Positions 1 through 8,225 are shown, counted from the first letter of the stretch. The stretch: 64,000 nt of DNA from a virus (IMGVR_UViG_3300021197_001789:1708-65707), one strand, 5' to 3'. A program made the numbers and translations. The notes: generated by a model not told the origin, from the letters alone.

Positions 1-11
1 CTATGTATGGA

Positions 12-437
12 TTATTTTTCATCTTTGATGTATATGCTTTTTTGTGCTAGGATGTCGAAGTAGGCTTTCTCGCCACGTTCAATGCACATGTCAATGGCAT
101 CTTGCTCGTTATCAACGTGTTGAACAATATCGAAGAATACTCTCTCAAACTCTACCCACGTACCTATGCCTAGCGTTCTGTACTCATTACGTACATCTAG
201 CTTGTGTAGGTATATGTCGAACAGCTCAGTAAATCTAGCCGTTGCAACAGTAATGCAGTCAGCCTCAGTACACACACCGCCTACAACGTAGCCGCTGAGT
301 CGAGTTTGTTCGTCTTTCCATAGCGTGTATCCGCCATCCATTAGCGTACTTCCGTATGCTAGTCGTGTTAGTTCGTGTTTATTCATAGCTTTTTTATTTC
401 GTTTAATATGTCCGTTAATGCGTTCGTGAAAGTCCAT
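12..437 (-). CDS. hypothetical early protein
   Basis: 141-aa ORF in the co-oriented small-gene early cluster; no motif recognised. Confidence 0.7.
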   Translation of the reverse strand: MDFHERINGHIKRNKKAMNKHELTRLAYGSTLMDGGYTLWKDEQTRLSGYVVGGVCTEADCITVATARFTELFDIYLHKLDVRNEYRTLGIGTWVEFERVFFDIVQHVDNEQDAIDMCIERGEKAYFDILAQKSIYIKDEK

Positions 438-441
438 GTTG

Positions 442-672
442 TTATTGTTTTACTGATAGTTTTTCAATTAGTATTTTGACGTAGCTCTCCCCATTGTCGT
501 AATATATGTGGTCAACCCCATCGCTAAGTACCTCTATAATATTATCGTGGTGTGCGGATAGTAACGCATCAAACTCTGCTCTTGCATCTTTCTCTGACGC
601 ATATAAATCAGTTTCGCTATAATCTAAACACATATCTAATACGTGTACTGCATATACATATACTTTTTTCAT
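442..672 (-). CDS. hypothetical early protein
   Basis: 76-aa acidic ORF packed tightly against its neighbours. Confidence 0.65.
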   Translation of the reverse strand: MKKVYVYAVHVLDMCLDYSETDLYASEKDARAEFDALLSAHHDNIIEVLSDGVDHIYYDNGESYVKILIEKLSVKQ

Positions 673-786
673 GATGTTATTGTTTGTCTTTTAGCCTCAA
701 TCTTCTTAGCTAGTTCACGATTACCGCAATACATCGCATAGTAATACGGACTCATATTTCTTTTATACTTATATTTTGCTCTCATA
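670..786 (-). CDS. small hypothetical protein (38 aa, not in ORF track)
   Basis: Manual translation MRAKYKYKRNMSPYYYAMYCGNRELAKKIEAKRQTITS; fills the gap, stop overlaps the next start. Confidence 0.4.
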
Positions 787-972
787 TCTATTGGTTTTAT
801 TGAAAATTGTTTGGGGGTTATTTTCGTAGTTTACCTTAGCTATCTCATAGGCTTTGTACAGCTGTTCTTGTATGTGCATAGGTGCGTTTGAATGGTACGC
901 ATCAGTGTACTCAAGCCAAGCCTTGAATTTAGCCTCGTGGTGCGGGTTAGGTGGGTTTTTGTCGTCGTTCAT
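769..972 (-). CDS. hypothetical early protein
   Basis: 67-aa ORF, start coupled to the upstream stop (ATGA overlap). Confidence 0.6.
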   Translation of the reverse strand: MNDDKNPPNPHHEAKFKAWLEYTDAYHSNAPMHIQEQLYKAYEIAKVNYENNPQTIFNKTNRYESKI

Positions 973-1109
973 GTGTTCTGAAATAGCATCATAAATTCTA
1001 GCTTTGCTAACACTTCGTGTTGCTCATCACAAGTGAGGTCTTGAAACGCCTTACTGTACATTTCTGCGGATATCCGCTTTACGTATATGCTTTCGTTGAG
1101 TTCGTTCAT
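969..1109 (-). CDS. small hypothetical protein (46 aa, LTCDEQ motif)
   Basis: Manual translation MNELNESIYVKRISAEMYSKAFQDLTCDEQHEVLAKLEFMMLFQNT. Confidence 0.55.
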   Translation of the reverse strand: MNELNESIYVKRISAEMYSKAFQDLTCDEQHEVLAKLEFMMLFQNT

Positions 1110-1111
1110 GA

Positions 1112-1270
1112 CTAACCGATTAAATCTTCGATTGTCATTTGCTCATCACAGCTAAGCGCATCCCACTCGCTTGTGGTTGTGGCTTGGCTGAATGTTAAGC
1201 CGTCAAAAAGTTGCTTTGCCGCTTGGATGCGGAGGTCGTGTGCTAGTGCACTTGTGTTGATTTTGTCCAT
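1112..1270 (-). CDS. small hypothetical protein (52 aa, LSCDEQ motif)
   Basis: Manual translation MDKINTSALAHDLRIQAAKQLFDGLTFSQATTTSEWDALSCDEQMTIEDLIG; A-rich leader. Confidence 0.55.
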   Translation of the reverse strand: MDKINTSALAHDLRIQAAKQLFDGLTFSQATTTSEWDALSCDEQMTIEDLIG

Positions 1271-1371
1271 GATGTTGGATTTTATGGTTTTTGATGTTAC
1301 TAAGATGGTTTGTATTATATATCTTCATAAATGAAGAGATATATAATACTAAACCTTCTAAGCGGATTAGA

Positions 1372-1408
1372 ACATAGTGGGGAATCGAACCCCAATCGCA
1401 CCCTATGT
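1372..1408 (-). ncRNA. tRNA-like minihelix (acceptor-like stem plus T-arm only)
   Basis: Minus strand ACATAG-GGTGCGAT-TGGGG TTCGATT CCCCA-CTATGT: canonical T-loop, 5-bp T stem stacked on a 6-bp stem, no D or anticodon arm. Confidence 0.5.
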
Positions 1409-1431
1409 GCCTATGCTGGTGGGCTGTGTGC

Positions 1432-1851
1432 CTAGAACGGAGGCTCAAGGCTTTCTTCGAACTTAGCAACGGCAACCGCTTCCGCATCTTGCATACGCTT
1501 GGTGCGAAGTTTAGCCATAGCAACCTCAACTGTCTCTCCTTCGGAGAGCGTGTACACCTCCCTACGTGGGGCTTTGTAGCTTTCGACAACCTCAGGCTTC
1601 AGGTACGTAGTGCATACGTTAGCCCTAGCTTGTTGCCGTTCTAACCTTTGGTTACGGCTCTTCGGCCTACCTGCAGATGCCTTACGTGCTAAGGGGTTGG
1701 ACTTAGTTGGCTTAGCCTCAACCTCTTCGAGGTTAGAGATGCTATCCGTTAACTGCTTTAGCAGTTTTAACGCTTGAGCCTTACGCTCAGGAGTAGCCAT
1801 GTATTTGGCTTGGTTTACTGCCTTACGGCAGTCTTTGAAATCAATATTCAT
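1432..1851 (-). CDS. basic early protein, paralog of 1880-2170
   Basis: Shares N-terminal KDCRKAVNQAKYMxTxERKAxALKLLKQLT with the upstream gene. Confidence 0.75.
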   Translation of the reverse strand: MNIDFKDCRKAVNQAKYMATPERKAQALKLLKQLTDSISNLEEVEAKPTKSNPLARKASAGRPKSRNQRLERQQARANVCTTYLKPEVVESYKAPRREVYTLSEGETVEVAMAKLRTKRMQDAEAVAVAKFEESLEPPF

Positions 1852-1879
1852 CTTCGATGGTTTTTAGATGTGTAACGTA

Positions 1880-2170
1880 CTATGCTGAAAGCATAGCTAA
1901 AAGTTCAGCCTTAGTTAACTTCGTTAAGTCAACCGCTTTAGCCTTCTTCGAAGGCTTTACCTTCGCTTCCGCTATGGCTTTCTTCGAAAGAGGCTTTGCC
2001 TTAGCCTTCGGCTTCGCTTTAGCCTTCGGCTTAACCTCTTTGAGGTTAGTAACGGCTTCGGTTAACTGCTTTAGCAGTTTGAGTGCATTTGCCTTACGCT
2101 CTGCGGTGGGCATGTACTTTGCTTGGTTCACTGCCTTACGGCAGTCTTTGAGGTTTATGTCTGTTGACAT
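1880..2170 (-). CDS. Lys/Ala/Pro-rich basic protein, first early gene (histone-H1-like composition)
   Basis: KPKAKAKPKAKAKP tract; directly downstream of the promoter at 2216-2223. Confidence 0.75.
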   Translation of the reverse strand: MSTDINLKDCRKAVNQAKYMPTAERKANALKLLKQLTEAVTNLKEVKPKAKAKPKAKAKPLSKKAIAEAKVKPSKKAKAVDLTKLTKAELLAMLSA

Positions 2171-2215
2171 GGGTATATGGTTTTATTCTCAGCGACATTG
2201 CTGAGTTGATGCCGA

Positions 2216-2223
2216 CAAAGGTA
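2216..2223 (-). promoter_or_regulatory. Bacteroidetes primary-sigma -7 element (TACCTTTG), early promoter
   Basis: Matches TAnnTTTG; a TTTG lies 23 nt upstream; 45 nt before the ATG of the first early gene. Confidence 0.65.
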
Positions 2224-2299
2224 AGGCTAACATTTGCTTACTTCGACAAAACTGACCAACTGATTCCACGCGCCTTTTACCGAAGGTAAAACACGCACG

Positions 2300-2800
2300 A
2301 AGAATCCGCGCATGTGTGTGCGCTGTGCGATCACGCACGTGCCTACGCGAGAGAGCCATGTATTTTGTATTGATAATTCAGGTTTTGTATTTGTATTGTT
2401 TTCCCAATTAATACAAACAACAACGAGGTAATTGTCAATAGTAAATGAGGTCGCATGTATGTAAGCGTATTAGAGTATTACTCTAACTCGTAGGTGGTAG
2501 GGGTGTGATTGTCACACACTTACGCAGAACTGCACTCGTACGTACGTATTCCCAACCGATGTAAAGTAAGGCTTTAAGTGACTACGGATAACTACTTGCC
2601 TATCAGATAGTTGACGTCAAAACTTTGGGCTCACTTGCTCACGATACGCTGACGGGGGGGTGCGCCAAATCGCGTTTCCGTGCGCAGATGTACGCGTTCA
2701 CATATACATATAATCCCCCATCTAAACATTTCTCAGCAAATTTTCAACCATTTACATTTTTTCAGCCAAATTTTTCCAGTGGCGCGGATCTTTTTTACGA
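2300..2800. other. non-coding divergent junction, candidate genome terminus/pac or origin region
   Basis: Largest intergenic region, at the strand switch; alternating purine-pyrimidine tract, palindromes (TAGAGTATTACTCTA, CTATCAGATAG, TTGACGTCAA), G7 at 2654-2660, clustered A/T tracts 2728-2796. Confidence 0.4.
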
Positions 2801-2901
2801 TGGTTAGGCCACTTCTCTTACCCTAAAGCATTGAGAGGCGGTTAATTACGACTCTTTGCTTAAAGTTTTACTTTACTATTGACTTTTCAAATTTTTTGTT
2901 A

Positions 2902-2909
2902 TAACTTTG
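2902..2909 (+). promoter_or_regulatory. TAnnTTTG -7 promoter (TAACTTTG)
   Basis: Consensus match with TTG at 2879-2881 as a -33-like element. Confidence 0.5.
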
Positions 2910-3058
2910 CGATATATCTTTCAAAAACCAAGCTTCTCTATATATTTTTTGTGTGTACACTTAGAAGCATTAGAGAAGATTAAGATGTTATATACGGGAT
3001 AGCTATGCCTGCGATGAATCGGTCCCCCCTTAGGTATATTTTAGAAGGTTAAAATAGT

Positions 3059-3066
3059 TATCTTTG
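3059..3066 (+). promoter_or_regulatory. TAnnTTTG -7 promoter (TATCTTTG)
   Basis: Consensus match 4 nt before ATG 3071. Confidence 0.65.
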
Positions 3067-3070
3067 CTTT

Positions 3071-3772
3071 ATGCCAGGCCTCCTCAAAAGAAACAAGTAC
3101 CGATTACATAAATATGCCAATGGTGGTAGTGTAGGTGATCCTAAACATAAAAATCAAGTATCTAATTGGTCCTCTAAAGAACTTAAAGAATTTTTAGGTG
3201 AAGAGTACTGGGGGAAAATTCAGGAAGCCATACGTAAATATCCAATGGATGTTGATCATAATGCAGGAAATGTTGAAAGGTATGCTGACCTGAATGATCC
3301 AGATGATGTTGATTATGATCCTGAAAGATATATAAAAATGACTACCCCGAAAATGGGGCGCAGTATAGACATTTTAAAATATATTGAAGACAAGTCTACT
3401 AATGATGTATATAGTGAGGACATAGACTCTAGGATAGCTAAAGAGTTAAAATTTGCCCCATACAATGACATAAAACTTCTTAAATCTAGAGTAATAAAGC
3501 AAGATCCAGTTGATAAAGAACTTAAAACGAGCACTACCTCTATACCTACATCTAAACGAAAGTCAACGTATGGTTATAAGCTACAAGGAGGTAAGTATGG
3601 ACAAGTCCCTACCCACAAAAACGTTTGGAACGATGAGACTAAAAAATGGATGAGAGTAGATCTAGAGCCTGAAGAGATAGAGTATTACAAGAAACAAAAC
3701 CTTCCTCAAGAAAAGCAAATAGTAAAAGCTTCTTTTAACTATGGGGGTAAAGTACGGTTATTAAAGAAGTAG
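3071..3772 (+). CDS. hypothetical protein with KYANGG and FNYGG motifs (putative head-internal protein)
   Basis: 233-aa ORF, first + strand gene, xxGG motif at both ends. Confidence 0.75.
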   Translation: MPGLLKRNKYRLHKYANGGSVGDPKHKNQVSNWSSKELKEFLGEEYWGKIQEAIRKYPMDVDHNAGNVERYADLNDPDDVDYDPERYIKMTTPKMGRSIDILKYIEDKSTNDVYSEDIDSRIAKELKFAPYNDIKLLKSRVIKQDPVDKELKTSTTSIPTSKRKSTYGYKLQGGKYGQVPTHKNVWNDETKKWMRVDLEPEEIEYYKKQNLPQEKQIVKASFNYGGKVRLLKK

Positions 3773-3780
3773 TATATTTG
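3773..3780 (+). promoter_or_regulatory. TAnnTTTG -7 promoter (TATATTTG)
   Basis: Consensus match 4 nt before ATG 3785. Confidence 0.65.
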
Positions 3781-3784
3781 CTAC

Positions 3785-5089
3785 ATGGCATTATTCGACT
3801 TAAACTCTAGATATACTAAATCTATGGAACACGGTGGCTCTTATGAAAGAGATGCCTCAATAGGTGGGTATAACAGGAAAGAACTCCGCGGTCTGAACAG
3901 ACAGGCTAGGCGTGGAACGCTCACTCAAAGAGAAAGAGCAAGACTAAAGTATCTTACAGATGAACGTCGAGGAAGGCGTAAAAGAGGACTGCTTTCGGGG
4001 CTAGGTGGGGCAGCCGCCACACTCGGTGCTCTAGCAGCATCTGGTAAGTTGGGTGGTGGTGATGGAGAAGGCGGTTCTGGTATAATGGATATGATTAAAG
4101 GCAGGTTAGCGAAAGGTAAAGGCAACCTACAAGATAAGTTAGAGCTTGCTAGAGATAAGAAGTGGGCAAAACAACAGGGTGTTGACCCTAGAGAATATAA
4201 TGATGAGGAAAAAAAAGCAGTTGAAAAAGTGCCTGAGAGAGATGAGTTTGGAAGAACTTTTGCTGAACAGATGAGAGAAGAAGGAGAGGGATATACATCA
4301 GAGAAAATGAGAATCGCAGATGAACTTGATCGTAATGTAGATTTTAATAGAGCAGGCAGTCAAAGAGGTAGAGATGGAAATGATCAAAGAGCAGCAGATA
4401 TAGCTAACCAGGCGGACTTTCCTATGGACATAAATCCAATTTATCAAGATTTTAGTGGTGAACTAAGTGAGGAGTTAGGTGAGGGTGATCTATATGAACA
4501 GACTTTGGCAAGAACTCAAGCAAGAGACAGGTCAATCGCAGCGGGTGAAAGTGCTCAAAGACCCGTAAATCCATACTTGGCACCTGAGGGTAGATCTGAC
4601 GCTCCTGGTTCTCACGTTGAACAAGCCTTACTTGAAATGGCTAGGGATGAGGCTTCCAGAGTGTCTAGTGAAAATCCGCTACCAACAGGTATAACATCGA
4701 CCCCAAGAAATACTGGTTCTGAAGTAACAGGACTAAAGTCTAGAAGTGTTGATTTAGGATCAGATTTTCCAGCAGAGATACCTGCAAAACAAGCAACACG
4801 AGGGTCTAATAGACCTAACGTACGAAAGCTTTTTAATGCTTTAAATAGATCTAAGCCGTCCGAGATTGATGTAGATCCAGAAGGTATGGCAAGTGATCAA
4901 TCTCCAGGCGCAGCTCAGACTTTATTAGATGCATGGAACGATAAACGCCGAGAATTAGGGCTAGAGCCTGCTATTCAGTTGACAACAGAAATGATAGAAG
5001 AAACAGAAGGTATGGACCCAAGAAATAGAGCTACCCCACAGTTAATGACTAGACGCCCACCAAGCCAAATACTCAATAGATATAACTAA
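3785..5089 (+). CDS. hypothetical low-complexity protein with MEHGG motif and Gly/Ala hydrophobic helix
   Basis: 434 aa; GLLSGLGGAAATLGALAASG segment; likely disordered C-terminus. Confidence 0.75.
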   Translation: MALFDLNSRYTKSMEHGGSYERDASIGGYNRKELRGLNRQARRGTLTQRERARLKYLTDERRGRRKRGLLSGLGGAAATLGALAASGKLGGGDGEGGSGIMDMIKGRLAKGKGNLQDKLELARDKKWAKQQGVDPREYNDEEKKAVEKVPERDEFGRTFAEQMREEGEGYTSEKMRIADELDRNVDFNRAGSQRGRDGNDQRAADIANQADFPMDINPIYQDFSGELSEELGEGDLYEQTLARTQARDRSIAAGESAQRPVNPYLAPEGRSDAPGSHVEQALLEMARDEASRVSSENPLPTGITSTPRNTGSEVTGLKSRSVDLGSDFPAEIPAKQATRGSNRPNVRKLFNALNRSKPSEIDVDPEGMASDQSPGAAQTLLDAWNDKRRELGLEPAIQLTTEMIEETEGMDPRNRATPQLMTRRPPSQILNRYN

Positions 5090-5562
5090 TGGCAACACTA
5101 ACAAGTACAATAACAGAAAGTATCAGTCTAAACGGAGCTGATAGAGGTTCCACTAATACGCTTACTGTAGCTAGTGTCACACAGGTATTCCACAGAATAG
5201 TTACATGCCCTACAGGACAAGACACTACTGTAGCTACGTTTGCAAGCGTTGCAGACGATAGCGCAGTTTCAGGGAGTCTTGACGTAGAAGACGTTAAGTA
5301 CATAAGGGTTACAAACCTAGACGGAACAAACCCAGTAAACCTTTCTTTACAGATAGATGCAGGTGAAGACGATTCAGCTGCTGACGAGTCAGCTACTATA
5401 TTAATAGCTGCAGGTAGAAGCTTTATTATGGGGGTACCATCTGACGGCCTTGCCGTAAGCGATGCAAACGCAACCCTTGTAGACGCACTACACAATTTAG
5501 AATCATTATTAATAGATCCTCTTAGTAATGCAGTTACTGTAGAGGTCTTTATAGCTAGTTAA
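5089..5562 (+). CDS. small beta-rich virion structural protein (MAT-family-like)
   Basis: Thr/Ser/Val-rich, YIRVTNLD motif; resembles the 17467-19450 family. Confidence 0.65.
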   Translation: MATLTSTITESISLNGADRGSTNTLTVASVTQVFHRIVTCPTGQDTTVATFASVADDSAVSGSLDVEDVKYIRVTNLDGTNPVNLSLQIDAGEDDSAADESATILIAAGRSFIMGVPSDGLAVSDANATLVDALHNLESLLIDPLSNAVTVEVFIAS

Positions 5563-5563
5563 G

Positions 5564-6460
5564 ATGAAAACCAAAAGAAAAGCAGCCGCAAGCTCACAGA
5601 AATACAGAGGTAAGCAGTCCTACGGTATAGGGGGTGCCGTTATGTCTGGAGTCAACAGCATAATGAATAAGCAAAAGCTTCTCCCCTCGCTTTTAAACGC
5701 AGGGAAGGCACTTATTGATCCTACCCCAATGAGTACAGTAACTCAAGGTTTAAAACTAGGCAGCACCATTGCTGGTAAGTCTAAAAACCCAGCGATACAA
5801 AATCTTAGTAAACTGAGTGGACTTGCAAGCACCGCCACTGGCTTCCTTGGTGGAGGCGGAGGCCAAAACTTTCTACAAAACATCGGGGGAGGCCAAGGGT
5901 TTCAAAATTTCCTGCAAAACATCCCTGGTAGGTCAGCAGCAAACGGTATGCGTGTAAAGAGCTATGATGAGGGTGGGGAGGTAGAGAAAGAACCACCTTC
6001 AGTAGCTCGCCTTTTAGAAGCTCTTGGTACTGATGACAAAAGATCTTTAAATCAACTCCTTAATCAACAGTACAGAATAGACATGAAGCGCTTAGAGCAA
6101 GAAGGAAACGAAGAACTTGACGCTGATAGAGATGAACAAAGAAGGTTAGATAAGGAATACCGAATAGATATGAGAACCCCTGAGGTGGACTCCGAAGAGG
6201 GAGACTTAGAAGAGGGGTATGATTATACGGAGGGGTCTGAGGCAAAAGAAAGAATGATGAAGTTGATTAAGAGTGGGGGACTTGGGTTAGGGGCTATTAG
6301 TGTTGCAAGCCTTGCTCCTTTGATTTATAAACTTCTTAAAAAGAAGAAAGACTCAATAGACAGTAATGCGCAATACCACAACATACTTGATCCAAGGCCT
6401 GGACCACGAGATCCATTTTTCAGACAGCCTAATCAATCAGCTAGAGGAAGAAATCAGTAG
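5564..6460 (+). CDS. hypothetical protein with YGIGG/YDEGG motifs
   Basis: 298 aa; internal QNFLQNI and YRIDM duplications; hydrophobic helix near the C-terminus. Confidence 0.75.
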   Translation: MKTKRKAAASSQKYRGKQSYGIGGAVMSGVNSIMNKQKLLPSLLNAGKALIDPTPMSTVTQGLKLGSTIAGKSKNPAIQNLSKLSGLASTATGFLGGGGGQNFLQNIGGGQGFQNFLQNIPGRSAANGMRVKSYDEGGEVEKEPPSVARLLEALGTDDKRSLNQLLNQQYRIDMKRLEQEGNEELDADRDEQRRLDKEYRIDMRTPEVDSEEGDLEEGYDYTEGSEAKERMMKLIKSGGLGLGAISVASLAPLIYKLLKKKKDSIDSNAQYHNILDPRPGPRDPFFRQPNQSARGRNQ

Positions 6461-7098
6461 TGAGATATCTAAAGAGATATAATGAAGGCGGCAAGCTCCC
6501 ACCAGGGAAACTTGGGGACCTTATGCATGCTTTAAAATATTACTCTAGCCCTAAAGGAGAACAGTACGATACATCTACCTTATTAGATGTGTTAAGTTTT
6601 ACTAAAGGAGGGGAAAAAGTAATTGAACAAAAAGAAAAAGAAGAGGAAGATAGAAAAGCTGCGGAAAGAGCTTCGATGTTTGGAAGCGAGACTGCACCGT
6701 TATCATCTCCAGAATCTCAACCAGAGTTTTATTCTTTTAGAAAAGGAAAGAAAGGGGATACCAGGATAGCCGAATATAACGAAGAAAAAGAAGGTTATAA
6801 CCCTGGCGCAGCTGCTCTAAATTTAAAAATACCATCACTAGAAAAGCTTGCTGGAAGAGCCCTTAAACCCTCTGAGCAAAATAAATTTAGAAAACTATTA
6901 AACGACCCTACTTTACTTAGGTATTTTATGGATATGATGGGGGAGAAGGACTTAAATTTTAGAAAAGTTAAGATTCTAAAAAATCTATCTACAGGGAAAG
7001 GAAGCGCAGGATCTAGTAAAAAAGGAGGTAAAGGATGTGTTGGTGAAGGATGTGATAATATACTTTCTGGTAAAGCTCTAAGCTGGGGGGACTATTGA
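6460..7098 (+). CDS. hypothetical basic protein with RYNEGG motif
   Basis: 212-aa ORF, GTG start coupled to the upstream stop. Confidence 0.7.
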   Translation: MRYLKRYNEGGKLPPGKLGDLMHALKYYSSPKGEQYDTSTLLDVLSFTKGGEKVIEQKEKEEEDRKAAERASMFGSETAPLSSPESQPEFYSFRKGKKGDTRIAEYNEEKEGYNPGAAALNLKIPSLEKLAGRALKPSEQNKFRKLLNDPTLLRYFMDMMGEKDLNFRKVKILKNLSTGKGSAGSSKKGGKGCVGEGCDNILSGKALSWGDY

Positions 7099-7179
7099 AC
7101 AAATTTTACTTTAACCCAAGAAGAAAAAGAAGAGACCACGCTAAAGAAGCAGAGAAAACCCGACTAAATAAAATAAAGA

Positions 7180-7695
7180 ATGAAGCTAGAAGTAATAAGA
7201 TTCAACAAAGGGAAGGATTCGACTAACGGAATACTATTCGATATAACAGATGATAAAAGAAAATTTTTATGCTATACTCTCGAAGATGAGAGCCGCACCG
7301 AAAAGGTTGCTGGAGAAACTTGCATACCTGAAGGAGAGTACCGCCTCGGTTTTAGAACTGAAGGTGGCTTCGATGCCAAGTACGCTCACAGGTTCGCTGA
7401 TATACATATGGGGATGCTGGAAGTCCTTGATGTCCCTAATTTTAAATATATCCTTATTCATTGTGGTAACACAGATGAGGATACTGCGGGCTGTTTACTA
7501 CTGGGTGATACGCAAGAAAACAACAACATAAAAGAAAACGGATTTATCGGGAAAAGCACCCACGCGTACTACAGGGTATACCAAGAAATCGCGGAAGCCG
7601 TAGAAAAAGAAGAAGTAACTATAGTGTATAGAGACTTCGCAAAATGTTTAATCCTCTCACAGGCGGATGTGAGTGAATTTTTTGGACAATGTTAG
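7180..7695 (+). CDS. DUF5675-like protein (His/Cys L,D-transpeptidase-like fold), candidate peptidoglycan hydrolase
   Basis: Motifs CYTLED, ETCIPEGEY and ILIHCGN..DTAGCLLLG. Confidence 0.7.
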   Translation: MKLEVIRFNKGKDSTNGILFDITDDKRKFLCYTLEDESRTEKVAGETCIPEGEYRLGFRTEGGFDAKYAHRFADIHMGMLEVLDVPNFKYILIHCGNTDEDTAGCLLLGDTQENNNIKENGFIGKSTHAYYRVYQEIAEAVEKEEVTIVYRDFAKCLILSQADVSEFFGQC

Positions 7696-8225
7696 GACTA
7701 GGCACATCTTTATACACTCAATCATTTGTGGAAGGTGTACCTCAAGCGGCAATATTGGCTGCTTCCGTGGTTGATGCTGATGACGAAACGATTTTATATA
7801 ACTTTATAATTAATGATTCCGCAACAGTGGCGGCTATAATAGATGGAAAAACTTTAGGAACGGGAAACTTAATGAACGGAACGGTAGAACTTACCGTAAC
7901 AAATACCACCGCTGATCCAGATAAAACTGGGGTGAGAACCTTTAATATTTTTCAGTATCAGAACGGTAACACCAATTTTTACTTTCTTTCTGGGGCAACT
8001 AGCAATATTACTATTTCGGATACTGCATTAGGAGGTGAGTATTATGCTATAGACTTAACAACTGACGGAACAGGTAGCGATGCTTTTTTAACTGCAGGAG
8101 GAGATAATGCGGATTTAGATGCTAGCGGAGACGCAGAAGCGTACAGTTTTTCTGCGGTGTTGAAAATAGACGGTTTTCAAGATTCTTCAGCCCTTGCTTT
8201 CCCCACATCAATAGATGCCGCATAA
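7689..8225 (+). CDS. putative tail-fibre/structural accessory protein
   Basis: N-terminal MLGLGTSL; acidic Thr/Gly/Asp-rich beta composition. Confidence 0.55.
   Translation: MLGLGTSLYTQSFVEGVPQAAILAASVVDADDETILYNFIINDSATVAAIIDGKTLGTGNLMNGTVELTVTNTTADPDKTGVRTFNIFQYQNGNTNFYFLSGATSNITISDTALGGEYYAIDLTTDGTGSDAFLTAGGDNADLDASGDAEAYSFSAVLKIDGFQDSSALAFPTSIDAA

Larger units (their letters stand above)
1534..2291 (-). repeat. array of short perfect inverted repeats (DNA mini-hairpins, mostly C-GAA-G loops on the minus strand)
   Basis: About 20 hairpins with 4-7 bp stems, e.g. 1534-1548, 1720-1734, 1849-1859, 1915-1927, 1940-1956, 1978-1990, 2003-2013, 2021-2031. Confidence 0.8.

Noticed and set aside
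1203-2204. ORFs 1203-1589(-), 1405-1644(+) and 1857-2204(+)
   Set aside because: Shadow or antisense frames of the paralogous genes 1432-1851 and 1880-2170; the palindrome-rich sequence favours open antisense frames.
2625-2807. 60-aa TTG-start ORF in the divergent junction
   Set aside because: Weak start, low-complexity tracts, no coding character.
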